Below are positions 37,947 to 51,369 of a stretch of DNA of 64,000 bases, one piece after another. The position numbers and the translations under genes are program-made. The notes below the pieces were generated by a model. It was not told the origin of the DNA, did no database searches, and saw only the letters and a list, made by a program, of their open reading frames with translations. Source of the DNA: Cenococcum geophilum. Lineage: Eukaryota. The first letter of the stretch is position 1. Every line of letters begins with the position of its first letter. The stretch is from contig CP158635.1 in the NCBI GenBank assembly GCA_050273025.1, positions 12,276,001 to 12,340,000 on the forward strand, written 5' to 3'.

Positions 37947-38683
37947 GTCGGATCATAACTAGAGGCATGATATGTATCATGGTGGCAGACTGGTAGTAGT
38001 TAGTAAGATGCTGTTATGGAGTAGCGGAACGTAATTGCTTCACGAGAATTACTTTTGTATGCAAGAGTCTTCAGCTTAGTGTTATTCTTGTTTTAAAACC
38101 GTCAAAGTGCTAAAATTCCCAGATTATCTGGGTTGTAAGCTCTTTTATGATAGTGAGTATCGATGTGGGTGGGCGTTTGCAGAACGTTGCTAAAAGTGCG
38201 TGATGGTAAAAGGTTCATGGTTACCGCTCTAGGTTTCACTCAGCCTTCTAAGATCTCCAGATTTGCTCACGTAGACTCCCTGGGTAGACATTCACTCTCA
38301 CTCCTTGCTTCTAGTTAGTCAGCATCGCCGCTTTGCTCGGGCGCTAATCGCCCTCGGCTCATCCATTGCTCAGGCTGCTCACCCGTTACTCTGTCACGCC
38401 CCCTCATGTTTTTTTCGCAGCCAATAACATATATTTTCGAGTCATACCCGCCTTTATCTTCTTCGTCAAGTCTTGTTGACCGGAATTTGAGGCTATATGT
38501 TGTCCTAATTGGCGCTGCCAAAAGGACCAATTCTTTCGGTGCCCAGTTGGGGTCGACAAAGTCTAGACGAAAAGTTGCATGTGAGCCTGTTTTTGAACCG
38601 AAGGGTCAGAAATCGCCCCGGGGTCCAAATCTGGCCCCCTTCCCCAAACTAGAACCATCGCCATGCATCTTTCACATTCCTAA

Positions 38684-39250
38684 TAGGGGGGTTTCGATAA
38701 ATTGACGAAGGCATCTGACGAAAGGTAAAGCTAATTTTTAGTGCTTACATATACATTTAGTGCGACCTTCCGTTAATTGGTCAAGTAAGCGATCATTGCC
38801 CAATATTGATATCCTAGTATGGACGAGCTTAAACGTCGTATATTTTTCGCGGCGTCTTGTAGCTACTATAAACTAATAATAGCAACACTATAGCGGCCAC
38901 GCTGGCTACCTCATTTACCGACACCGAACCTATATAGCCGCGGAAGCCTTTTAAGAGGATTAGGCCTATCTAGAAGCTTATTAACGTATGGCTGCCTGAG
39001 GAAGGAGGTTTAAATAATAATTTTAAGTTTTTTACCCGCTTTACTAAAGATAAGGTTAGAAAGTTAGCTTAAGTACCTATTAAGTTCGCAATTAATCCAC
39101 GATCCGGCTAGCTTAATTCCTCGACAGCTTTACTAGAGGAGTCACTCCTTACCTTCCTCTGGCGCTGCACTCATCCTCTATCGATTAGTTACCTAATACC
39201 TTTCTTTAAAAGAAGCTGACCTTAGCTCTCGCGAGTTTAGAATAGGTATC
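38684..39250 (+). mobile_element. Truncated RIP-mutated PIF/Harbinger-like transposon (left end + transposase N-terminus)
   Basis: Relic frame FKFFTRFTKD.VR.LA...EESLLTFLWRC.HP.....L.PFFKRS....SRV resembles the helix-turn-helix region preceding DDE_Tnp_4 nucleases. G-rich end AGGGGGGTTTCGATAAATTG; TpA-rich. Confidence 0.5.
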
Positions 39251-39377
39251 CCGAGCCCTAACATTGTTTAATATCAATTTCACTTCTACCCAATTTCATA
39301 TGAAGGAGCTAATGAAATTATTCCAACAGACCGTCTCTCCGGATTCGCTATTTAAGCATACACATTCCAAATCTTAA

Positions 39378-42300
39378 TTACATCTCAGTCTCCTGTGTAT
39401 CGCCGTGCCGCTTCAACCTTCCTGCCACCAAGGCCTGATGCTGCTTCTCCTTCCCCATTCCGCCGCATAGATCTCCCGTTCCCTCATCTTTACCAGCACA
39501 ATCACCCTTCCCTTCAGCATCCTCGTACTTACTCAACGCGTCCTCAATCTTGCCGTATGCTGTGGAGAAGATCGGATACAAGACTGTGAAATGATTCAAG
39601 TAAGTGATGGCTCAAGAGTGGCATGCAGAACGCTTACACGGGCGCAGGTCATATCTGTTGTCGTCCGGACTAATAAAGGTTGACGTCAGACTTGGACCGG
39701 TCAGATACTCACCACGGAGCAAGATAAAGCGTACCTGTATTGCTCTGCATCTATAAGAGATTATTAGACTTTTGTTCGTGCAGTAACCAAGAAGAAATAC
39801 TTACGGTAGGCCGGTGTAATCACAGTGGCCTTATGGCGATTAACTGCATAGTACCAGAAGAACCGGCGAACCTTTTCGTACACCTCCCTTGGCCCCATCT
39901 TATCCCTCCAATCGTGTATCAGACGCTCCCACATCCCCCAAGGCCCAAGCTTATAAACTTTCCGAAGGCGTCCAAAAACACTAAGTTCGTCGTACGTCAT
40001 GCCCATATCCGCTTCGTCAGATTGAACATAGTCTTTAGTAGTCGGTTCGAGCTCGGCAGTAGGCGTTGCATTAATAAAGTCGTCGAGTATTGGAAGATTG
40101 AAATTTGTGCTGGCCCACCTTATAAACTTTCTAAGGTCCGTCTTTGATATTCCGCCGATGGGATTTATGTCTGCGCTGGAACAGTCATACTTTGTCAAAT
40201 AACCTACCAGGAGTTCATCGACGTTGGCCGACCCTAGAACGAGCAACGAGCCTCCACCTAGCCGCTTCCTCACCGTCGGGAGCATTTGCGCAAATAGATA
40301 GGCGATGACCATGCGCAATCTTGCTTGTATACTGGAAGATCTGTAAGTGGGACATATTAAACAATAACTGAGAGACGAGGGCGCTGACTTCTGGAGGGCG
40401 AGGTTCGAAGCATTGCTTCCGCCACTAAGATGTTCGTAAGCCTTTCAAAGATCTCTTAAGATTTCGTAATGCGCGCACTTACTAGATCCGAAATTTAGGC
40501 ACGAAGCTATGGAAAGGACAGCTTGTTAGCATTGATGCAGACTTCGGGAAGGACCAGCTTACCTCGTCACAGAAGTGAATAGACTTATTATAGCATTTAC
40601 GACTGAGTCGATATTGAGATCGGTGTGGTAAGCTGGACTTGTCAACGCTTCCTCTCAGGTGCTTGTTTTGATCATACCTCCAATAGCTTTCGAAAGGTCA
40701 CGAGCTCTACTTCGAGTTTCCTTTGACGAGTTTGTGCTGCCCATGAAACAGGTATGGAAGATTCGATTGCTAAACTCCTGCGGACTCTCCGGGGTGTAGG
40801 TATCCTCGGCGCAGACCATCCTGACGTCCCTGAGAACCTGCTGATTACCGGCTTTGCAGGCCTCAACGACCAGCCTGCACATCGAGTACACGATGACTGA
40901 AGTGGCACAACTATCTATCCCACCCGACAGCGGCTAGACGCTTAGTACTGTATTATCTTATAAGCAATTTTCCTCATACTTACAATGAAAAACCCAGCTT
41001 GGCGACTACGTCTTATGTAGTCCCACTGCTCCACGTCAGTACGGCACATTGGTACATAGCTTGCCAATGATAGCGTGACTTACCAGCCAACATGCGGGTC
41101 CGTACGCGATCTCGGCTTCCGGCGCATGGAAGAACGGTGCTCGTGCTTTCGATGGACCAATGTTCGTATTGAGGGCGCCGCTCTCTGCCGAAAGGCTAAA
41201 GTCGACCTCGATGCGTTCGTATGTGCGTGCCTGCACCGCCTGAAGTCCTCTCGATGGTGAACAGCGGAAACTTCTGACATCCTCGAGGTCGACTGTTGCT
41301 GTAATGACTTCCACATCGTTCAAGCTGAATTGAGAACCTTGAGCGACTACGTTGCCGTTGATGACAATCATAGCAGAGCCATCATAATACAGTCGATCGC
41401 CATCACAACCCTGTTGGTTCGCATATAGGTAGATACCCCCGGCTTTACGTGTTGCCTCTAAGATCAGATCGTAGCGAGTATTGAGTTTCCTAAGTTCGTG
41501 GTGACTGCCACTGGAGTTCGTGAATATCTCGACGCCATTGAGGCTCATCGCGGAATGAGGAGCGTTGGGCGTAAAGAGCTCTTCGCAACTCTCGCATCCA
41601 AGGCATGTATCCCTCGTCGAGATAACAGCATCGCCAATGGGAACCTTGACTTTGCCTACGATGTCCTGGATAATGCGAGGGAGGTAGTATTGCTCGACGT
41701 GTCCTTCTCGGGACCATGGCGTGAAGTATCGCATCTCTCTTGACGAATATTAGCCTTGCAGCGATTTGCTGTTACATATGAGAAGGAAAACCACCTATAG
41801 TTCCCGTCATTTGCTAGCCAGAGCTTGGGTCTGATCAACAATATCTGTCCGTTGAAGCAAACGATTCTTTTGTGAATCAGTGGTTCAGCTTGTTACCGAG
41901 AAAGCCTGAAGTAGCAGGACACACCTAGCGTTATACTACATCTGATCAGCTTTATCCTTGCGATATCTGAGAGTGCGATTCTTCCACAACGTACTCTAAC
42001 ATTGCGATGCATGACCGGTGCACCTAGAACATATTTTAATGTGAGAGTTTAGTGGGGAAGTCGATGTTATGAAAGGGAAGCGGAAACGGGACTCACCTAT
42101 GTCGAGGATGATGTCTCGACATGACGGATCCTTCAGTATCCGAGCAATCATTTCCCATGAGTGCAAGAAGGTGTCTGATTCCAGAAAGTGGTCAAGGCAG
42201 CCATAGCCGGTGATTTCCAATTCTGGGCCCACACGTAGGGTAGCCTTTGCTTCTTTTGCTTTCTTGATGCTCAGGAGGATCCTTTCCAGGTTGCCCTCGA

Positions 42301-42418
42301 AGTCCAAGGCCCACTGGTTGAGCTGACATGTTGCGAGTGTGCTCACTGCGAGAATTGGTTTTAGACTCGTACGCTTGTGTAGCCATACTGCTTTAAGGAT
42401 AAGCTTACAGTGGCCCAT
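39378..42418 (-). CDS. QNS1: Glutamine-dependent NAD(+) synthetase, multi-exon
   Basis: Nitrilase-like domain ([38 protein letters not shown]) and synthetase domain ([58 protein letters not shown]). Confidence 0.96.
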
Positions 42419-44068
42419 TGTTATCAGGAGAATTCAATACGAGAAGTTTGGAGCCGTACTGGTGCTGCTTCTAAAAGACGAAGGTAAAGGGTGGGATGAG
42501 TTGGGGCAATGCGTCACCGAATGATTTCAATGGGGAATGCGGCTGGGCAACTATAGCCGATTTCGGAGGACCCACATGCTTGCTCAGGGCCTGCCCGGGC
42601 TCACCCCCTCGATCAGGCTAAAGCGATTGCGACACTGCTGCAGGTCCTTGACTGAGGCAGGAGACTTGGTTGTGCGCAAGCCAGCGGAGAAGGACCGGGA
42701 CTCCCCAAATGACTAACCAAATGGGAACTGCGTTCAGCACCAGTCCTCCCGTCATCGCTCAGTTCTGGCGCCCAAACCTGACGATGGCTCTGGAAGAGTC
42801 CTCCACATGCGTCTACACGCGTTTCCTGCTTACATAAGCAGAGTCCCTTCTCGTTCGGTCTCCGCAGCAACTACTTCGGTATCCGTAGATATAGGCCTAT
42901 ATTAGGGCCTATATTCCTCGTAGTTAGATTCGATAGATTCATTCATTCCAATATCATTCAGTTCATCAAAACCTTGGCCAAATCTTCACAAGATACACCA
43001 GAGTAAAATACGTTAATTTTACCTTCTTAAATATAATTTTGAATTTATAAAGCTATAAAAAGACACGGAATAATCCTGAGTTCTCTATTGCACTATATAA
43101 TTGTATGCAGAATCGTTCTTCAACTACCTAAGCTTCTACGGACGAATTTGAAGAGTTGAGACTTCCTGCCCGATGCTTTCATATTAGCAAATTTCCAGCC
43201 CCACTACAGTAAGGAGTTTCAACTACAGTAAAGAGTTTCAACTAATTTTTGTAGTCCGCAGATGTCGGTAAGCCTTTATTACAGCCTAGCTGCCAGCCAC
43301 ATCAATCTCAAGACCTCGCCTAGAACTTGACATCAGGATCAAAATCTCTTTATTTGTTATTTGATTTATTCCCCGTATTCAAGATCGGAAAATAATCTAT
43401 ACTACTCTGCCTCCATGAAGGTCTGTCGACAGATACACGACGAAGCTATGGGAGTCCTCTTGATGCAGCCAGGGCATTTCAGCAGCCTGCTTCGCCTAGC
43501 TGAATGGTTATCAAAGAGCTAATTCTGACCTCTTACTCAATGTAAAAGATATTTCAATGTGATGGAGGATGCTGTTTTGAAGGAGCTCTTAAACTTCATC
43601 GGTTCGTCCTGCCTTCGCGGTATATCCCTTGAGTTTATCTTACCTCGGGATTTCGCGCATTTGGATATTAGTATGTATCTCCCGGATGGTACAGGAATTG
43701 CGAAACGCGCTTGAATGCTTTAGTGCATATCTCTCGCCCAGGTACATTGCCATAGACATTATCCAAGGCAAAGAAATCAAGGCGTCTAATAAAGTGCATG
43801 GCGCAAAAATAGCCGACATGGCCTTGCGTTGTAAATGGTTCACGTCCGATTCTCCTGTTGCGTAGAAAATGGCCGGCATCTGAATCAAACCTAAGTTTCT
43901 TGAGAGTTGACCCGCGTTTGACTGCGGCTGCACCTTAGAAGCAATGGGCCACGGATTCTCAAACATTATGAGACAAAAGCAATCAATTTCAGCTCCAAAA
44001 CACTAACTATTAGGAAATGGGAGAAAACACAACCAAATAAATCAGCCTTTTTCACCCAGTTATCCATA

Positions 44069-47000
44069 TTACCGCTTATTCCTAAGCCTTCCGCCCCAAT
44101 TAGTCGCCGCAGGCCTCTTGAGAGCACTCCTTACAGCTCCCGCCTCACCATCATCAGGGTCTCTCTTCCGCCTTTTCGGCTTCGCAAGCTGATCCCCTTC
44201 AGCTTCTTCGTCTTCATCACGTACGGCTACTCTACGTGACTTCTTAGGCTTGCTTCCCCCTTTACTCCCTTTGCGCGCTGTAGCAACTTCAGCTTCTTTA
44301 TCCTCAACACCCGTGGCTGTTTCGCGTAGTCTCTTCGAGGCATTCCCTGCAGCTCTAGCTCCATCGTCACTAGAGTCCCTCCTCCGCTTCGTCGGCTTCG
44401 CGGGAGGTTCCTCCTCTTCACCACCTAGGGTTGTTTCACCTGACTTCCTGCGCTTATGGCCCTTTCTGCGTCCTCCATCCTCATCGCTTGCGGCAGCACC
44501 ATCTGGATTCTTGCGCTTCTGGCCAGCTGTGATCACTTTGCCACCTCTAGCCTTTGCTACCCCTTTACCGCCTCTACTTCCCTTACGACCCGCAACACCT
44601 CCTCGTGTGGCCCTCCCACGACCGCGTGCAGGCTTCGTCGAAGCCTCTTCCTCTTCCAATTCTTCGGCATCGCCAGGGGCATCGTCGTCAGGCCTCTGTG
44701 CCTCTCCTCCCGCTCCCCTCGCTTGCGCCTCTTGTTTGTCCTTCCTGCGCTTCTCTTCTGCCCCCTTTTCGGACCTCTCCCTCTCCGTCATTTCTTGATA
44801 CTCCCTGCCTATTCGAGCCCGCTGCTCAACAACAGCCCGAACACGCAACGCCTCCTCCGCACGCCGTTCTTCCCGCCTCTGCCTCGCCTCATCGACGCGT
44901 CGCTGCGCTTCAGATACCTCCGCCGCGTGAGCGCTCCGAGACGCCGGTGGAGGTACACGCGGCGCATCTGCCGTCGGCTGATCTCCGTCCGCAGGAGCAC
45001 GCTCAGGCTGCTCTGCATCCGGCACGTTGTTAAACAAACCATCATCACCAAAGAGCCCCTGATCGCCTCCGCCATTATAGACTGGGCCAGCAGATGCCGG
45101 CTCCGCTACGCCTTGGTTGCTTGGCCCGGCTGCTCCAGCGCCGGGCCAATTCCAGTCCCCGGGTTCGTCACCGCCCGAGGGCTGATGGCTCAGCAGGGAA
45201 TGCAGCGGGGGAAGGGGATTCGGGTGATCGCTGTGCGTATCCAGAGGTGGTGGGCGTGGCATGCCGTTCGCATGGCCATCAACGCCACCAGGGATAAGCC
45301 AGTCCCGGTCTGGCTCGTCGCTGCTAGAAGGTAGGTCGCTTAGCGGCGGAAGGAGCCCGGAGAGGCCCTGTCTGTGACTGCCTTGATAATCGTTCGGGTT
45401 TGCTTCTGGTGAGGAGTGTACTGAAGATGCATCGTCGGGTATTGAAGGCGTGGAGCTACGGTAGTAGCGGTAAGGAGGACCACCACCGCCACCGCTAGAG
45501 GGACCACCACCTCCAGAAGGACCGCCGCCATCAGAAGGACCAGCACCACCTGTAGCTGTGAGCCTAGATGAAGCTGCCCGCTCTCTCATCGTCGCTGCGT
45601 TGGCTCTTTCGATGGCCTTCTCCAACTCGCTGCCTTCTACCTCATCTGTGCTCTCCCATTCACCTAGCACAAACACCCTGTCCCCCCTTTCACTCAGCAC
45701 CCTCGCCCCAACCCGCTTATCCGCCCGCTCCCTCCACCCCCAAAACCACGTGCGCCGCACAAACATGCCTCCAGAAGGCGGCGTCGGCGACTCCACCCGC
45801 CAGCTCCGAAGGAACAAGCCATCCCTTTCTACATGCACGATGCCCACGCCGTCCGCGTGCGGGCGCCGCTCCTCGTCGAAGTAGACGACGCGCCAACCGA
45901 GCTCCTGGTCCAGCAGCCGCGCGAGCCGGTACGACCACACGCGGTCGAAGGCCTTGGGCATGCGGACGCGCAACAGGGTGAGCGCGCCGAGGCGCAGCGC
46001 GTACGTCGCCCAGAAGCGCTGCCAGCCGACGGCCTCGCGGGCGAGGGCGGCGCGGCGGGCGAGTTGCACCAGGGACGGGTTGGTTGCGGAGGGGTGTTCC
46101 AGGGCCTCCGAGTCCGAGGAGGGTAGGGTGGGTGCCGTGCCGTTGCGGCGAAGTGGCATGGCTCGGGGGTTACTCGAGGTGTTCTTATGCGGGAGCTTGT
46201 TGGCCATTTTCTGGGTGAGTGGAAATAGTCCGAGATTTCGCGGCCTGGATATCGTGTCGAGCTTCTGCATAAGAGTAACCCACTCCTCCGGGATCGGGTG
46301 CCGTAGCTCATAAGAGAGGGTTAGATGGTCGACTATCGGTGCGATGTCTTTGAGGTTCGCGTTGAATTCTGCGCTAAGCCAATCTGCCCACCATGTGGCA
46401 TCGTATGGGTATGTTCCCCAGTAGAGACTCGATGCTTGGGTCGCGCGGTTGCCGATCAAGAGGTGTAATTTAATGTGTGCAGCACGCAGCCAGTAGAAGT
46501 GCTCGAGGATTTGGGCAAGTTCGTTACCGCTTGGTGCGTTTGGAGAGTCCGGTAACATGAGCTCGTCCCAGTCGAATAGAGGACGCCATTCGAATGTGGC
46601 ATTAAGCCAGTTAAATATTTCGGGAAGATGGATGGCATGGTCGAAATCAGCGAGTACATTGGGATATGGGCCCAGTCGACGTTCGATAAGAGTGAGAGGT
46701 GAGAGGGTATCAGTGCTTGTGCGCTGAGGGATGAGCGACACAGGTCTTATCGTCCTGTCTTTACCGTTAAAGGCTAGATGAAGCCGATGCAGTGATTCAG
46801 CAAGCGTCATAGCTCTATTAGACACAATACTGTGGACAGTGTTCTGGTGTTCATATGCACGCTCACATCCAGCAGAATCATCCAATCTCACCCATGATGG
46901 GTCATCTAAGGTTCGGGATTGATCTAGACTGGCTTGCGAGTACTTCTTGAGAGGGTAGATTTGTATCCATGCTCCTAGGTCCAGTCCCAACATGCGAATT

Positions 47001-48647
47001 TGCGCCTTCTCCTCAAGCTCGTTAAGTAGAAAATTCATCCACTCAATCGATTGTCGTAGCTCCAACTTCGTTACGGTTTCAGATACATTGTTTGTAATAT
47101 CGTCGACGAGCTTGCAGATATGGTCATGAACTTGTTCCTGGGTTGAATGGCGGTAGTCTGGCTTGTAATTGCCTCGAATGCAGGGGTCCCAATGATATTT
47201 ATATCCATTGCTTCTTAACGATATATTCATTCATAAGCAGTGATAACGATTGGATATTTTGAAATCCTTATGAATGAATATCCATAAGCTTATGAATATG
47301 TATAGGAAAGTTAAAGCCTCGTCGTGGTATAGTATTGTAGCAAAATAATGCTAAAGTGTATGCGTAGTATTAATTTTGTGCGCTATATTTCGCGTTAAAG
47401 TTGTGGGTAAAAAGTAAGAGGAAACTGCTGGTGAGCAATAAAGGGGGAATGCCAAGACTGGTGATAGAGCTCAGGTAAGTACGTATATAAGCTATATCGC
47501 GAATATCCATTCATATCGCGATATTTTGGCTCCCTTAATGATAATGATAGATATTTGGTCAAAATATCAATCCATTCATTACTGGGACCGCTGCTCGAAT
47601 GGATAAGGTTTCCAATTGACTACAGGCCCTAACAAAGGTCTCTGCCACATTACCACCTCCAGGTAGTCGTCGAGAAGTGTGGGCACCCGCAGACGTGTAA
47701 TGCTCGATCAAATGATATCTTGAGTCTGTCCAATTCCTCACACCAAGCCACTTCAGTCTCTTAAGCAAATTTTGGGCCGGGCGACGATTTAACAGACTTT
47801 TCAACTTTTTCAATCTTTCTAGCTTTTTAGGATCTTGACCCCCTTCGACCTCGTCTGAAGCAGTGAGCGGCTTATTGGCTTTCCTGGCCTCTCCCATTCT
47901 CTTTGCCAGCTTGTTAATCTCCAATTCTTCTGCTTTCTTCCGCGCAACACGTTCTCTGTCTAGCAGTTGCTCACATATATTGTACAATTCGAGTTTTTCC
48001 AGATCGTTTCCAGGAGTTTGCCTCGTCCTTTGCCGTAATTCAAAAATCTTGTTCCCGTAATGAATTTTTTCGTTGCTGTCGAGACAGGTAAAGTAATCGA
48101 CGTCAATCTTCGTAAGTATTACACGAACTTCCCCGGTTTTAGCTATGTCGTTGACGACCTGTCTCCAACGAAATATCTTTGCCTTATCATCGACATTATG
48201 ATCATCCTGGGCACTATAGTTATCGCTAATGTCGCTCAAATCCAGTGCTTCTAACCTCGGCAGCTCTTTAGCAATCCAAACGAAATCCTCTATAGTCATC
48301 CAATGAGCCATGGCGATGCGTCGAACCCAGTGACCGTTATTAGGATTTATGCGACTCTTAAAGGTCTGCCACCTACGGGCACCGAGCCAGTTATATCTGT
48401 CCCCTTTACTATAGCGATAGTTCCAAGTCTTGCGGCCGTTTTCTCCATTCTGCCAATCCTTCCGCGTAAGTCCCTCCCAGTCCTCGTAAGTAAATGGTTC
48501 ATAGAGTTCAAATTCCATTAAATCAAGGTCATCGTATAACTCGTGGCAGCTTGTTCGCAGTGCACAACTGGTCTGGCGATCGCAGTGTTTAAATATCTCG
48601 CGCACGGTTTCTCGGGAAATGTCCAGGATTTTAGCGGATTGCGTCAT
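44069..48647 (-). pseudogene. Large putative F-box/LRR-like protein with a low-complexity basic C-terminus (~1385 aa reconstructed), interrupted by a MITE
   Basis: Removing 47181-47593 plus one 8-bp TSD fuses the 366-aa and 1053-aa ORFs in frame (…LETLSIR-GNYKPDY…). The N-terminus ILDISRETVREIFKHCDRQTSCALRTSCHELY is F-box-like; the C-terminus is Gly/Arg/Lys-rich with NLS-like KRRK runs. Confidence 0.75.
47181..47593. mobile_element. hAT-type MITE, 413 bp
   Basis: TIR CAGGGGTCCCA ... TGGGACCGCTG; perfect 8-bp TSD CTCGAATG at 47173-47180 and 47594-47601; AT-rich interior with no transposase. Confidence 0.9.
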
Positions 48648-49995
48648 TTTCTGAGCCACCGTCTACGAAACATCTGTCGCAGAAGGTTGTAATATATGAT
48701 TTGGATAAGAGGAATGCCGGCCGAATGAAGTTCTGCATCTGAAGCCTGACTGGGATGTTCTTTTTCAGCGCTGATGAGCTTCAGGCCTCTCGAGTTTCGG
48801 TAGACACTTAAGGTAAGACAAAACAAATCGTGGTAAGTTGTAAAGGTAAATCTGCCTCCCGCGATTAAGCTCACTGGGACTTTCTCAAGGAACTTTGAAG
48901 GCATCTTGCCCTCTTCGTTCTTACGCACTATGTTCCGTTTCGGGAATGCTGACCGTAGACAGAAAGGCAAGAACAATAAAGACTGCAGGCTCCGGATTCG
49001 GAACTTCAAAGACAGGACTTGAAAGGGCTTATGGAGGTGTAAAATGAGAAGGAGCGAGAGAAAATAGTTCAGCATCAGCTCGGATTGATTGTGATATTTG
49101 ATGAATTATGGTAGATTGCAAAGAATTTAATCTCCTTTGTTGAGTAGAGGTATTGAAAATTCGTCCTCGTGGTATCGATAAGGATTTAGCCAATAGAATC
49201 AATAGAATTTAAGGGCGTGCTCAGAAATATAAGGTTGATTTTGGCGTTCCTGCACGGACCACTTACGTTGAGGACGCCACCGTGCCAAGGGCTAACTTTC
49301 CACGAACAATGTGTTAGAAAACAATGACTCTGTAGAATAGTTAACGGCACATAATGAATTGAGTTCGTTGGTGTTTTGTATGATGGCTAAGATTAAATGC
49401 AATCGAATAAACGGTGAGGCAAGGTACATGTGGGAAACGTGGGCGGGATGGAGTGACAAACATTGCGGCTCTGCATGGTCTCGTGACTTGTCAGCACTGT
49501 TGGTGTTTCAAAGATCTAGATGCTTGGCTGAAGACGTACCGGAGGTTTTGCTGACTGGAATGCGCTAATGCCACTAACGGACTGTCGGTTGCATCCTTAT
49601 GCAATGCATGACTTCGACGCTTGCATTCCTCTGATTGCGGCCCAACACCGCGCAGGAATGAAAACATATCACTGGCATCTCGGTCATCTATCCGATCGAT
49701 AGGACCAAGGCTTATTTCTAAAGTATGCGGCCATTTTCCTGTTCAAGCATACAAGAATATTGATCACTCGCACCAATTGCCCAATCAAAAAATACACGGG
49801 ATACGTCGGATTGGAGGATATATGAAAGTCGAAACACGGCCACAGAAGACCCAAGTTGGTGGGTTAAACACAACAAGCATCGCAAGCAACCGGTGCTTCT
49901 GAATGAATAGACCATGCCTTTAGCCATTTCCGGTGTTGCACAAAAAATCACAATTGAAAGTGTAGTCGTCTCACTAAGCAATTCCCTCCACCGCT

Positions 49996-50961
49996 TTACT
50001 TCTGCATCATCAGCTGCACGAACTCGTTATCTGGGAAGATTGGGTTAGTGCTGGCATCAAAAATAAAGTCACCGGTACCATACAGTCGATCCTTCCATCG
50101 CCATCTTGATCAGCCTCACGGATCATCTCGTCAACCTCGTCATCCGTCAACTTCTCACCAATAGAAGTCATAACGTGGCGTAACTCGGCGGCCGAAATGA
50201 AGCCATTGTTGTCACGATCAAACACCTTGAATGCTTCCCGAATCTCCTCCTCAGAGTCGGTGTCCTTCATTTTTCGAGCCATCATTGTGAGGAATTCTGC
50301 GTTCCATTTTAATCAGCACGCTTCACGAGAATTCCAGGATTGAGGGATTATACCTGGGAAGTCGATGGTGCCGTTGTTATCAGCATCCACCTCGTTAATC
50401 ATATCTTGCAGCTCAGACTCGCTTGGGTTCTGGCCTAGCGACCTCATGACTGTGCCCAATTCCTTTGTTGTGATCTGACCTGCAAGAAAGATGCATGTTA
50501 GCAACATGCGATTCAGCCTTCGAGGCCACCAGTGACCCTTCCCAACAAGGCTGACGCTATTAGGGCACCCTTGTATGATCGGCGGAGAGAGAGCGGCGGT
50601 GAGGGAGGAGGTAGGTCAGAGCTGACACTGGTATTTGAGGTTGTCGATGGAGGCTTCGGGATACAGGGAGTCTACTGACCATCGCCATCTTTGTCCTGAG
50701 AGCATTCATACACGTTAGCACATGAGCCCAACCCGGCGTTTCAGCCAACAATCAGGCAGAAACGAACGTGAAATGAAAGAAGGGAAGGTAAACTCACAAA
50801 TAGAGAAAAGGCCTCCTTAAACTCAGAGACCTGTTCCTCAGTCAAGGAATCGGCCTGTCATGTCTTGTCAGCGCATCTTCAGGCCCATGCGTGAAGCGTT
50901 ATCGTGATGTTTTTTTTGCGAAGGCGGGGTATGAGAATGGCGTCAGGGAGGCACAAACCAT
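49996..50961 (-). CDS. CMD1: Calmodulin (6 exons)
   Basis: ATG-only first exon, then [19 protein letters not shown] / DKDGD / [42 protein letters not shown] / [18 protein letters not shown]...DGDGRID / [11 protein letters not shown]. Confidence 0.98.
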
Positions 50962-51369
50962 GGTTAAAGATAGTGTCCGCGGGGATAGTAGTATTATCTG
51001 TGTGTTGATGGTGAGACTAGGCGTAAATAAAAGCTGTCTTTGGAATTGCGAGTGGTGACGATAGAGAAAGATGGTAGGTGGTGTAGGCTGCGAGTTGGAA
51101 ATGAAATGAGGGCTGAAATGTCCCGCTTTCCTGACTGCGCCCACCAAGCCCCCAAATCACCTCCTTCTGGCGGGAAGTGCCGCCAATTAACCATCATTTG
51201 CCTTGTCTGCCTCGCTTGCCGCGCCCCTGCCGATGCGGCTCATGCTCCACGTGAAGCCAGCAGGCTGACATACAACACCAAGTGCTATTATTCAACTTGC
51301 ATATCCAAACTGTTTGGGCCTTTAGTTCCTACCATGTTCTAAGAGCCTAGACGCTCCCATGCCAACGCT

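Noticed and set aside
43400..43970. Possible small gene between QNS1 and the F-box-like gene
   Set aside because: Only short ORFs on both strands, with no recognisable motif or consistent exon structure.
44227..46313. Many overlapping ORFs on both strands
   Set aside because: Shadow frames of the GC-rich, low-complexity part of the 1053-aa ORF.
47231..47558. Ordinary intron or intergenic spacer between two genes
   Set aside because: TIRs, a perfect 8-bp TSD and exact frame restoration on removal show a transposon insertion.
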